A DNA stretch of 64,000 nt from Microbotryum violaceum. Taxonomy: Eukaryota. The stretch lies in NCBI GenBank assembly GCA_001244265.2, contig CDLV01000016.1:1-64000 (forward strand), in the 5' to 3' direction. Shown piece by piece: positions 35,067 to 47,314 of this stretch. The position numbers were made by a program, and so were the translations under genes. The notes under the pieces are model-generated. The model had not been told where the DNA came from and did no database searches. It saw nothing but the letters and a program-made list of their open reading frames with translations. Each line of letters opens with the position of its first letter. The stretch's first letter is position 1.

Positions 35067-37983
35067 TCACTTGATAAATTTTCCCCTCGGACGAGCTTTA
35101 CGGACGCTGGACCGAGAGCGAAGGCTGTCAATGGAAGCTTCAATACTGTCGGCCCATTGTAAGACGAGGTGACGGCCTAGTAAATGAGTGTGCTCAAGCG
35201 CGGTCAAAGCGAATTGCGCATCTCGGTGAGTCGCAAAGTCGACAAAAGCGAATCCTCTCGTCTTGTGATCGAGTTTGCGAGGAAGGCGGACCGATCGAAG
35301 CTGTCCGTACGCACTACGGGTGTGATCAAGAACATAGTTCAGAGCGGTTAGAGGCAACGTTGTTCCGGGCGGCACGCGGCACATGGCAGCGACCATGAAA
35401 GTACTAACCTGAACAGCTCGCGGATCTCCTTTCGGGTAATCTCGAAAGGTAGGTTTTTAACGAGCAGCTTTGTAGAGTTTCCAGACCTTGAAGGCACTCC
35501 TGAGTCTGCCGTCAAACTCTTGCCGTCGCCGCCACGATGCGCAATTCGAATCTCGAGCTGATGGCCATCAAGGAGCAAGCCATCCCGCACAGCCTTTGCG
35601 TGTTGTGCAGCCGATGGCGTTCGAAAGCCAACGAACCCAAAGCCCATGCTCAGGGAGCGACCAGGTGTAATGGGATCAGGTTTGGTCTGAACACGCGCGA
35701 ACACAAATTCTGGCAGGTGTTCGAACGAGGATCGAAGAGCCTCTGTCGTGGTGGCGAAAGCCAGGTTCTTGACGAAGAGGGTGCTACCGGCCTCGGCGGC
35801 CTTGGCATCGTCGTTCGTATCGAAGACGGGTTCGTTTGGCTTGGCGCTTGGTGCGATAGGTATTGAGTTCAAAGGGAACTTGGGGGCGTCCTCGCCCAAC
35901 CTGTCGCTTGAGGCGACCGCCCAGATCCCTGCGGGGGCTTTCTCGAGGTATAGCACACTTGACCCAAGCTTCTTGTACGCGAGCTGTCGCCAAGCGGCAG
36001 AGGCTGAAGAGGCGTCGCCCATCTCGACAACGGCCATAGTCCCGCTGGGCGGCAAGAGAAGGCGCGTCACTGAGCCAAACAAAGCGAACATATCTTTCAG
36101 TACTGCGTTGCTTGTTCCGAAGGGGATGTTTTTGACGAGGATTGTGGTGGTCGACCTTGGCCCGCGTGAGGCGAAGGACGAGACGTTCACGCCAGCCTGT
36201 TCAGAACGTTCGTGAGATCAGTGGAATTGGGATTGGCCAGGGTTGTGGGCCTGCAAACGAACCGACTGGAAATATTGCTTCGTCTCGGTTATCACGTGAG
36301 TTTCGGCGAGAGCGACTCGGACGGCAGCGCTATCCACAGTGGGATCCAGCAGTGTTGCTTTTGACAAGCCCAAACGATCCGACACCGATGTCATAACGGC
36401 ATCACTCTGAACGATTATGAGGCAGATTGGCAAAGAATCAGTGGTCGTGGTCGTGGAAGCTTCTCGTCAAAGCTCCAAAGGCGGCTCACATTCATGTAGA
36501 GAGTCGCCCATGTCAGACCAGAGGCGGAGCTCGCTTTGCGAGTTTCGAGGCGCCCGTCTCGCACGCTCCTATCGACGCGCGGAGAGTCTGCGACGTTGGA
36601 TCCATTGCTCACGGCCGGAATGATGTGGAGAAGACGACCTTGGAAAGACCGGCCGTCCAAAGCCCGAAACGCGGCAGCCGCACAGTCTGGTGCTGTGAAT
36701 GTGACATATGCGAATCCTTTCGACAACCTTGAGGAGGAGTCAACCGGGACATGGACCTGAAGGCGTATCATCGGATCCAGTCAGGCATGGCATACGTTGT
36801 GTGCACACAGCACCCATTCAGATAGAGCTCACGTCGCTGATCTCGCCAAAGCTACCCAGCGCATCGCGCAGGTCTTGTTCGGCCACCGAATATGCAAGGT
36901 TGCGCAAAAACAGTCGACCATGCTCGAGAAGTAAGGCCATTGCCCGCTCTCCATCGGCAGGGCTTGCCGAAGGATCCGCGAGATCCGCATTCTGCATGAA
37001 CGCCTACATATGGGTATTGAGTCGTCAGTCGCTGCACGCGCGCGAGGGTACACAGGGTGATAAAGAGAGGCGCCGCTACATACTTCGTGCCGGATCTCTG
37101 TACCCGGTGATTGGACCCGTTCTGGTAAAAGAGTTTGCACCCCGAAGCCCTCGCTCGAGCCTTCGTCGTCTAAGCCAATTATCTTTCGACGCGAAAAGTA
37201 TTCCTGGTCCGAAACCGAATCGTCCCGAGCTGCTCCATCGATCACAGGTCCGCCGCCCTCGGTGCTCTCGCCCACTCCGGTCGCAGATGCATGGTTGGAA
37301 CCATGCAGGAAAAGTGGCGGAGCGACAGAGTCGGACGTTTTGGTTTCGACTCGAGCTCCGGTTTCTCGCCCAGGCCCATGCTCGTGAACGGCCTTTGGCT
37401 GCAAATTGCCGCTTGTGTGATTCGGGAAAGCAGGACCGGCTGGTTGATCCAAGATTTCGACCGCACGATTGCGACGAGGTGCCATAACCGACATGAATTC
37501 GACGAGTCGTGCATCATCGGCGTCTCTGGCCATGCGGGACGCTGGAGTCGTGGTTGGCTCCTCTCTTACCAATCTGGCCTTCTTGCGAGGTGGCGGAGCT
37601 TCGCGGGTCTATACAGAGCGGATATCGCGCAAGTCAGCGCTATGTCAGCAGCAGAAGGGAGACACGGATCGGTTGAACGGGACGCAACAACGCACATCCT
37701 GTGCCCAATCAACCTTGACGCGGGCGCCACCGCGGGCCCCCTGCACCCAACTGTGCTGGAGCCAGGCCAGCACTCGGTCTGCGTCCTGATGCGACTTGAA
37801 TCCGAGGAAAGCGAGGCGGCGTGACGTGCCGTCAGGCTTCTGCAGCACCTTGACGTCGGTGAGCTCCGGCGGCGATGGTGGACAAAGCTGCACGTGCTGG
37901 CGGAGATGCGCATCCTGGACAGAGCGTGCCAGGTTCGTCACGATCAGCCGCGTCCGGTCCGCTTGTACTGGCTGCGAGGCCAT
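35067..37983 (-). CDS. MRD1: Multiple-RRM pre-rRNA processing protein Mrd1/RBM19, spliced
   Basis: Five RRMs: TRLIVTNL..DGTSRRLAFLGFK, GRLFLRNLAY..KGFAYV..FQGRLLHI, TILVKNIPFGT, TLFVKNLAF..LSMGFGFVGF and KLLVKNLPFE..RGFAFVDF..THLLGRHLVLQWA. The linker AVRVALAETHVI is also present. Confidence 0.95.
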
Positions 37984-38194
37984 GTTGGTTTGCTTCGTAG
38001 ACTTTGGTGGGAGAGCCGATGTGTGGTATAGCGCGATTTTAGTTATGTACGTGACAGACAAGTGTTTGTGCGTCGACGGAGCGAGGGCTAACGATGGCGC
38101 GCGACTCAAGTAGGCAGAGCTAGGCCCAGCTAGGCCTATGGGACCCCCGAAAGCCCAGCCAGAGGCGCATGTGGAAAAACGCCCTTTTTTGACC

Positions 38195-40510
38195 TTTACT
38201 ACCTCTTTACTACCTTACTACCTCTTTATGTAAGAAAAGGTCGATCCGCGACCATGTACCTAAAATCGCTGTTTTTGACTGTGTTGCGGCCCTCTGGGCC
38301 GCCTATAGTGAATGTACCAGTACAGTATTGCGTCTGCCGCACCTGCCCGTGATTTTGGCGTTCCGATCAGTTTGCGTAGGATTTAATGTATAGCAAGCGC
38401 GTGGGTTTGCATGACACCTCTTCTACAGAGCTCGGGCGTGGTCCCGCTGTCTTTGCGGGCGCGGCTTACGCTGCCCTAAGCGCCGTCGATCACGTGACGT
38501 ACTGTTTACAACGCGACACCGGTTTTAGGGGCTGGAAAACGACATGATTTTCCAGGGGCTGTAAATAGTCCCGCAATACTCTCTCTAATTCTTTCCTTTC
38601 CCTCCCACTCATCGAATTTTCGTGACAACCGCGCCGAGTCCCTGGCGCGAGGATAGCGTACCGCCGTACCATGAGAGACCATGGGCCTGCTCGAGCTTGC
38701 TCAAGCGCCTGCTGCTGAGCCGGCTGCTCGACTCTCCTCTTCGTCCCGCTCCGATCGACTGAATCAGCTCCCCGCGCGTGATGGCAACCACTTGACCGAT
38801 CTTGGTATTACGACCCGTATAAGCGTCCGCCGTACAGCTTTGTAGAACGAACAGCTTGGTCAGCGTGAGGGCCCGATGGCCGATCCGACGCTGAGCTCGC
38901 CCCACCGCCACCTCTTCCTGCGCAGAGCAAGTGCACAGGCCTCGAACCCCGCTCAAAGCACTCAAGCCCCACGTTCCCATCCGCGACTACCTCGGCCCCA
39001 GATGGCCGTGTGTATCCACTTCAAGACTCGACACTGGGAGTGCAAAGGACGAACCGGACACTTGAGCACGTGCTGCTCGCAGGGTAAGGTGCAGCTACCT
39101 CCTCTCTCCGGCCCAATCCCGAGTATCAATAGCTATAGCTACTTAAAGGCTCGGATAGCGGTCAGTCTCTCCAGTCTGTCGCAGGCCCACATGCTGAACT
39201 GTTCGACCGTCAATCAACGTCCAGCCTTGGCCCAACTATGGCTCATCGACCTGGCCGAGGCCACTGACACTCGACTGGGACCCGACGGCGCAGACAGTCG
39301 CATACAAAGATCTACTTTGACCAAGCTCGATTCTACGTTGCGTACCGGCAATCGCTTGGTGAGGGAACTTGCATCGGCCAAAGCTCGCGCAGGTTGGGAC
39401 ACGGCCAAAGAGTCGGCCCTGCGCCTCTGCCTACCACCTAGCCGAGACCGACGCACCCACAACCTTCCTACGTCGAGCACGGAAATGGCGATGCTCATAT
39501 GCGATTCCGACACCAACAAGGGAGATCGTGGACGTCAAGACCTTATTCTCCAGGTGCACGGTGATCGATGTCCCGAGGGTCGGCCCAAGTACCAAATCTT
39601 TAGCTCGCTCCATCCGTCTGCGATGCCTCTCCGTTACCCACTACACTTCCCCGCAGAGGAAGATAGCTTCCACCTCAACATTCCTCTTTGCGCGTTCAAC
39701 CAAATTGGGCCACTCTTTGCCAAAAGACCGCGACGAGGAGGAAGGGGACGCAGAGAATGGTGATGGTGAACGTAAGCCCTTTCGGCTCTTTCTCGGATGT
39801 TCCATTCTGTTAAGGCGCATGCACAGACTGACATTGAACGTTTGAACACCTAGGACGAAGCTCAAATAAAGGCGATCGAGGTGGCGAGTCTCGCGTTCAC
39901 AATTATTTGCGTACTACTTGCACAAACGCGACGAGTACTTCTCAATCCCGCATTGCACCCAACGTGCCTTCCTAGCGTTCGTGATGACGGATACTCCCAG
40001 GTCGAGACCGATCAACTCAACTTACCTCCAGTTGGATCAAAAAAACCTCCGCCTCACCACAAGCCAAGGCATCATCAGCTTGACCCCGAATCAAGTTGGA
40101 TGTTCGGTGATTTTGGGCTCAACGTTCAAAAATAGACCGCGCGAGAGCACGCAGCGTTAACAAGATGATGTGACGCGTGCGTCGTAAATTATGGAAGGCC
40201 TTCGCTGTTCATCACGGTGACGTGCAACCCCGAATGGCCTGAAATCAAGGCTGCACTCGGACCGAACGACCAAGCATGCAGCCGACCGGAACTCATTGCA
40301 CGAGCGTTTGAAGCCAAGTTGAACCGACTCTGCGACGACGACGTTTTTGGCAACAAGCAACGGACAGGCTGTTTGGGCGATGAACGGAGAACTGTTTCTT
40401 TGCTGTACTTCGTAGTGTGCTTATTTAACCTCTGTTGAAATCATGTAGATTGTTCAATTCTCCTGCTATTTGAATGTCACCCTCCCGTTATTTTAACGGG
40501 TTCCCACTGG
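38195..40510 (+). mobile_element. Internally deleted, decayed Helitron (Rep N-terminal fragments; intact 3' hairpin plus CTGG end)
   Basis: Helitron motifs CCSQGKVQL, LHPSAMPLRYPLHFP..DSFH and LFITVTCNPEWPEI..RPELIARAFEAKL..L..DVFG. Hairpin CCCGTTA-TTT-TAACGGG at 40484-40500, CTGG at 40507-40510, then T. The 5' end (TTACTACC repeats) is approximate. Confidence 0.88.
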
Positions 40511-42567
40511 TTATTATATGTTCATCAATAGAGATCGGCACAAACGTCGTTCAGTCGGAGACTGTTCGTCGTATTACTTGGGCCTTGGCCGACACGAGAC
40601 GCTCGACGAGCGACCAAGCGCCTGGACCAAGGCTCAGAGCTCAGAGGGCAGGCGTGAAGGCACGGCTTATAGCGGAGAGAGGGAATGTGTGCGGGCACGG
40701 CTTATAATTACAGCAGGGACTTGAGGTAGCGCGCGCTTTGGCCTCCGCGTCAAACTCTTGCAGCAAAAGCCGAAAAGACTATCATTTCGCCTCCCGACTA
40801 CGCGGGAGCTTCTCACCCCAAAGTGCAACATGTGCCAAAGTAAGGACGCTACACAGCAACTAAGCAGTAGTGTGAGTGCCAGAGTTTCATTTGGCGGTCG
40901 ATCCACCTATCCAGGGGGGGAAGTGTGGTGCTCGCGTGCAGCACCGGGAGCCGCTGAGAAAATTATCTGCGTTTGAGACTGGACGGGGACTCGCGGGGGC
41001 GTGCACTGAAACCCTAGGGGTCCGGGACGATGGTGACTGCCGCCGAAGGGGACATTTCCTCTCGAAAAGCAGAAACCCTGAGCGACGAACCGATGCACAA
41101 GGCTAGAAGAGGAAGGCAAAGTCAGGAAACAAATACCAACGGGCTACCGAACAGCGGGCGAGCATGCATACAGCCATCTAAGACCGCGCGAAGAATCGCG
41201 AGAAGCCGATGAGGTAAGTGAGACTCATCTGTCCATCTGTCCACGCCCTTTCGCCGAGGGGCGAGGGGCGCGGGCGATGGGAGGCTATATACCGTCGTCC
41301 GCCGGTCGAGGTGTGCCAATTAGGGGGGTCACAATTGCATGTCAGATTTGCTTGTCTGGGAACCAGGAAACCAGGAAATAAATCAGTAGGGTACAGCTGC
41401 GCTTGCTTGGGTAATAAAAGGACTCGCAACGGCTCAATTGCAGCGAGCAATCGAGCACGACATGGTTTTCTGCAGTCCGGGCGGCAGGCCAAGCCCAGCA
41501 CCGCACCGTCGTGCCGATGTGCAACCTGTACCGACGACGCCTGCGCCTGCTTTCCTTGCCCGGTGCGCACGGGGACCAGACAAATGTTGCCAATTCACCT
41601 TCAAATTTTTGTCCATCTGATGAAAACCTCGGAGTCATAACATTGCGGTGGAAAGTTGAGTCAGTGTATGTTCTCGAATGCCAGCTTATATCTCCGCGGA
41701 GCTCGTCTGGTCGGTTGACCGGCTCGGCCTCGACCGGGTCGACGTCAAGCCCGGCGTCTGAATGTTCACGGCACGTGCCTCCACCCTTCTACAGGTATCC
41801 TGGCTTGGGGCAATGAAGATTAACAACTCAACATTCCCAACTCAGACGATCTTTATGATCAAGCGAGTCCGGGGCCTCCGGGCTGGGGAGCACTGCCGGA
41901 ATTATCGACGGCGACTCACAGTGATTTGTCTCAGAAGTTGAAATTCGCCCTCACATGTGCAGGCAAGTCTCTGCCTAGATTGGTTCGTCGGGTTCCTTCG
42001 ACAGGTAGTTTGGGACTCGGAATGCTGGCCATCTAGTTTTCAACGCGGATACATTTAATTCCCACGGAAGGTGCCCACATACATCAAGCTCAAATCATCA
42101 TGATGAGTGTCTTTTTGGATTTTGGCGCGCACGAGCCCGCGCACGAGCCCGCGCACGAGCCAAGCTGACGGCTGAAAGCGCTGAAACTTTCCCTCCGTGG
42201 CGTAGTGGCACCTCGGGTCCGACCCGGCCTCGAGACCCCACTCTTTTGTACTTTTGACAAAGCCAAACAGATCACCTCTGCTTCGGCCGTCACATCCCCC
42301 TGTGTCTTCCCACTCTCTCACTCCCGTGCCACCTACCCTTCTCACCTGCCGCTGTGCGACCACTACGCACAGCCCAAAGTTGGTTCATCTTTCCGACTCG
42401 ACGTCAGCTGTCTCAGGTCCTCTCGGGCTCCGCTCCCGCCGCCCTGTCCGCGGAGAGCAAGTGTAGATCACTCAGTTCCCACACAAGGACCGAGTGTTCA
42501 CAAGCCCCTTCGCCGTTCAGGTCGCGTCGACTACAACTCAGAAGACACCGTCCTCGGAACGCATAGC

Positions 42568-44906
42568 ATGATGCAGGCACTGTTCAACAAGGGCGCCACC
42601 TCCATTGGCATCCAGTCCGCAACCCCGTATCAGGGCTCGCCCAACCCGGATCACTTCTACGAGGACGAGGTCATCACTGCTTCCGCGAGGCGCGAAAGCC
42701 ACTCGACCCATATCCCAATCGAGACAAGCTACGTTGACAAGGCCGAAAGGGATTCCTTCATGCCACTGCAAGGGCCCGAACGTGACATCCATGGCATCAA
42801 GCGACGCCGGAGCGCCGCGCCGTCGTCGTGGCCGCTGGCGTGGAGCAAAGCGGACCGGGCGCCGAAACTACGGAGGGGGGCCATTTCGGCCACGTCGTAT
42901 GTCAATCGCCGCATCCTTTCCGCCATTGTCATGGCCATATTTTTCGTATTTTTCGTCATCATGGTCATTCTCAAGGACACATCCCGCGAGTTGGCGACGG
43001 CCGAATCGCAGTCCTCACGCGGCTCCATCTCGGGGGCAGCGTCAACTCTCGGCGACGCCTCGGCCATAGGAACCGACCGATGGTCCGATGCGCCGGGTCG
43101 GTGGAAGCACGAGGTGACCGGTTGGGGGTCCAAAACCTGGTTGTCAGCACAGGAAAAGTTCAACAAAGCCAACAAGAAGCTTTTGAGTTCGTTCGGTCAT
43201 TTGCACGGGCCTACGGCGGCCACACCCGCAACTCGGCCAGACGCCGCCCAGAAGATCAATATGAAAAAGGTGCAAATTGAAGAGGGTATTTTGAGTTACT
43301 GAGTTCGCACGTCCCGGGGCACTGACTAGGCTCAAATTACGTTCAGATCTTCAACCACGACACGCCCCAGCCTACTCTGGAAATGCAGCTGAAGAAGGGT
43401 GTTCGATACATCACCAGCATCGCGTACGGAGGCCATGGTCAGTTCGACCCATCCAATTTGAACATTCTCGCGGCTGACGCCTTCTTCCTGGCTTCCATTC
43501 CCTCTCGCAGCAAATCAAATGATCAGCATCGCGCGCCAACTCTTGCTTGCCAAGATGACGAATCGGGTCGCTATTATGTGAGCCACCGGTTTCACAGCTA
43601 TCGCTTTGTGTCCCATCTAGTCCACGCGTGCTGAACGTGCGCAAGCATTTGCTACCGAACTCGTTCGATCCCTGCAGCCCGACGCTATTGCCGACTTGGT
43701 GGCAAGGCGGTTCCAAGGACCTGACGGACTATTACGATCTGGACCGGTTCGTGGCGGACTCGGGGATCCCGGGGGTGACGTGGTCGTCGGTAAAGCAATT
43801 GACGGACAATGTGACCGAAGACATCGCGTGTTGGTCTGTGCACGAGGCGACCGTCGGCCACGGCCTCTCCTTCGTGCCCTCGATGAATATGCACGGCATG
43901 AAGGTCACGCCATGGGCGCTTCCGCCGCTGCAGCGCGGTGATGGCGGCTTCGACCTCGCGTTTGATGCGTTGCGCATCTTTGACTACGACGAAGGCGCGA
44001 AAAGCCGCTGGCTCGACACTGTCCGCGCCCAGATGCTTCCGCAAGAGCCGTTGGCCGACGGCAAGGCGATCCCCATCGACCACGTGGAAGAGCGCTACAA
44101 GAATCGCAAAACCCTTTTCGATCCTCGTTCCCCCGTGGTGCCCACTCACCAAATGTTTTGCTTGGACAACACGATGTTCGTGGGGCCCTTGGGCTTTCAG
44201 CGGCCCGATTTTCACGACGTGCCGCTCGAGGCGCTCGTTCCCGGGGAGGAGTTGTCATGGATCGAGGCCGGGCAGCACATGCACTTCAACGAAGCGCTCG
44301 AGGGCCCTGCCGACGCCGCTCTTGTCCGGCTGTTCAACGTTAAGACAATTTCGGACGTGCCGCCGTTCATTACAATGCACATGCGGCGAGGGGATTTCAA
44401 AGAGTTCCTCGGCGCTTTCATCCCCCTCGAGGCGTACACCGAGGCTCTGCGCAGACTCCGGGCACGGCTCCAGGAGAGGATCGACGATCCGGAAGGGTTC
44501 GTGGGTCCTGGTCGCAAGCACTTTAAAGTCTACCCTGGATACTCCGCGGCGGACTACCGCGTGGTCGTGTCCACCGATGAAGCTTCCGACAGCGATTTCG
44601 TCAAGGAGGTCAAGGCTTTGGGCTGGCTCGTGGTCGACCACGAGGAGTTGGGCACCGAGAAGCTCGGAAGATGGCACAACCAGATGCTCGACTTTGCGCT
44701 GCTAGCTCGGGGACAGAGCTTTGTGGGCACCCCGAGATCGACGTACTCGCACATCTCCTCGGCGCGGGTCAAGTAGTACGTTTTTCAAAAGTTGCTGGCC
44801 TGTAGCAACCCCTTGCAGACTCGAGATGCTGACCAGCGACATGCGACTCTCTCGTTGTTCGCCCAATTATAGTTGGCAAGGAGGTATTGTTGAAGAAGCC
44901 ATCTGA
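42568..44906 (+). CDS. Type II membrane O-fucosyltransferase-like glycosyltransferase (GT-B), spliced
   Basis: TM segment ILSAIVMAIFFVFFVIMVIL, RYITS..YGGH|ANQ, FITMHMRRGDF (H.RRGDF), VVVSTDE and QSFVGTPRSTYS. Confidence 0.8.
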
Positions 44907-45560
44907 TCAAAGATGCGCGTAGAATGTTCCGTTTGCAGTATGATTGTTTATGGACTCCGGAACTCCGAGGTGTGCGGGTGCCTGCCCCGTGCCGTTCATG
45001 CGACCTTTTTACCGGTGTCAGCTTGCGTACGACTATATATATATCCTAACGAAGTAATTTGTGCCCATTAATCTCCAAGTAATATCCAGTGAAGCACGTG
45101 GATTGATTGACGGGCTAGCCTTGGTTACGATGATGGGGCATTGGGGTCGCTCGGGGATGTGGGGCCGCCTGGGGTCGCCCTGGAGCGTCGAGTACTGGTA
45201 CGCACCGATCGATGGGCTCTTTGGGGACTTGGCTCTTCGTCATCGCCCCATCGCTTCACACTCGCTCACTTCCGGTCTTGCTTCGTCCCGGCTTTCAGCG
45301 TCGAGCATCGGGAGAAGACCCTCGTACGCCCACGAATAGTTGAAGCTCACATCGCCACGTGCCGCGTTCAGGCCAGAAGCTCTTATCAGACAATACCAGA
45401 GCTCTTATCAGGCAGTCGGGTCGTCAGATGCGGGGGTCTTCGCAAGCAGCGTTGGGGGACGGTCGCCCCGCTACAGACCTCGGTGAGTCGCACCAGATCA
45501 CAAGTGGCTTCCGGCGAGTCGAATCAACTGACGTTAAGATTCCTCCTTACTGTAGCGGCC

Positions 45561-47186
45561 ATGTCATTCTTGGATCGACGCCTGACAGCGGCGCTCAAGT
45601 CTCGTCGCGATCGGTCAATGTTGCGGACCCTCGAACCCCTGTCATCGGGCACGTCCTCGACGCAAGCCAACTCTGGAACCAGTCCAAGATCGCTGATGGA
45701 CCCCGCATCCGACCCTGGGCCTTCGCGACCGCCACCGATTGATTTTTCGTCGAACGACTACCTTTCGTTCGGCCGATCGTCGCTCCTTCGCCAAAACTTT
45801 CTCCGCGCGATCCAAGCTTTCCACCCATCCCCTTACGGACCGCCTGCATCGCGATTACTGGATGGCAACTCGCCCTTGCACCTCGACTTTGAAGCGCGCC
45901 TTTCAACCTTTTTTCGCGGCGAATCGGCGCTCTTATTCAATTCTGGTTTTGACGCGAATGTCGGGCTTTGGATGTGCCTCCCGGCCGCAGATGACTACAT
46001 CGTATACGACGAACTGGTCCACGCGAGTGTACACGACGGGATGAAGGCTTCGAGATGTCCCAAGCAGCGGAGACGAGCGTTTCGTCACAACTCGGTCGGC
46101 GATCTGAGGAATGTCCTCAGGGCTATCGTTGGGGAGGACCCCAAGGTCCAGCAAGGCACGCGAAACGTGTGGATCGGAGTCGAAACGCTGTATTCCATGG
46201 ACGGGGATTTGGCGCCACTGAAGGAGATCGTCATGGCCGTGGAAGAGGAGCTACCGAAAATGAACGGTCAGATAATCGTCGACGAGGTCAGTGCAGCAGC
46301 ATCCTCGTGGGATCGGCCCAGCCTCTCTGGCATGCTGACCCTTCCCTTCCCTTTGTGGATGTCCAAGGACGTAGGCGCACTCCACGGGTCTGTATGGCCC
46401 CCAAGGTCGCGGCATCGTATGTGCACTGGGATTAGCGAACCGAATCGCCGTTCGGTTGCACACTTTCGGCAAGGCTATGGCATGCAGTGGGGGTTAGTTC
46501 ATTGCCGTCGTTATGCGTCAGCGCAATCCGAGCCGAGCTGACTCTTTATCGATCCTCGCAGCGGTTGTCCTCGCATCCTCATTGATCCGGTCTTATCTGA
46601 TCAACTATGCTCGACCTCTCATCTACTCGACCGCAATGCCCTACATGAACGTTATCGCGATACGAGAGGCGATCGACATGCTCGACTCGGGCAAGGGCGA
46701 TTTGGTGGGTTGGCGGAATGGAGTGCTGCCCTCCTTCCGACGCACCCAAATGTTGACTTTTCCGAATGACCACAGGCCGCGAACCGAGTTCATTCGTTGT
46801 CGACTATGCTCCTGAACCAGCTCTCGACGTTTCTCAGTCCGACCTCGTTCCCCATTTCTCTACCCTCAACGCTCAACCTCTCCCCAGCACCCCCGCCACC
46901 GATGGACCCGACGACCTCTCCCATGGCGACGACGCTCGTCCCGCTCGTCACGACTTCGCCCATCATCCCTTTGCTCACGGATTCCCCACGTCGTTTGTCT
47001 CTACATTTGATTGAGCGTGGCTTCCTCGTCCGGCCCCTCGTTCATCCGACTGTGCCCAAAGGGATGGAGCGAGTGCGCGTGTGCTTGCATGCCGGCAACA
47101 CGAAGCAAGAGGTGAGGGACCTAGCCGCCACGATCCAAACATGGGCTTACGATGAACGGCAGAAAAAAACGGAGCAACACTTGTGA
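45561..47186 (+). CDS. bioF: 8-amino-7-oxononanoate (KAPA) synthase, PLP-dependent, spliced; possible upstream exon from 45428
   Basis: IDFSSNDYLS, SRLLDGNS, ALLFNSGFDANV, YDELVHASVHDG, FRHN, VETLYSMDGD, VDE|AHSTG, RLHTFGKA, YLINYARPLIYST and PTVPKG.ERVRVCLHAGN. Confidence 0.96.
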
Positions 47187-47314
47187 CGTGCGGGGGGGGG
47201 GGGGTATCATACCCGAGTCGGTTCTATATTGCGTAAAAGAGGACGACGGCCTCCTAATAATTCTACTGCAAATTTGCTACTGCTGATGGTACATGCCTGT
47301 GCCTTCTGCTCTGT

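Noticed and set aside
40800..41816. Cys-rich stretch CRCATCTDDACACFPC (metallothionein-like) and scattered splice signals
   Set aside because: I could not assemble a consistent start and exon chain; likely chance in non-coding or decayed DNA.
42127..42161. 12-bp tandem GCGCACGAGCCC x3 sharing GCACGAGC with the 3884 minisatellite
   Set aside because: An 8-bp match is expected by chance in GC-rich DNA, and the rest of the unit is not shared.
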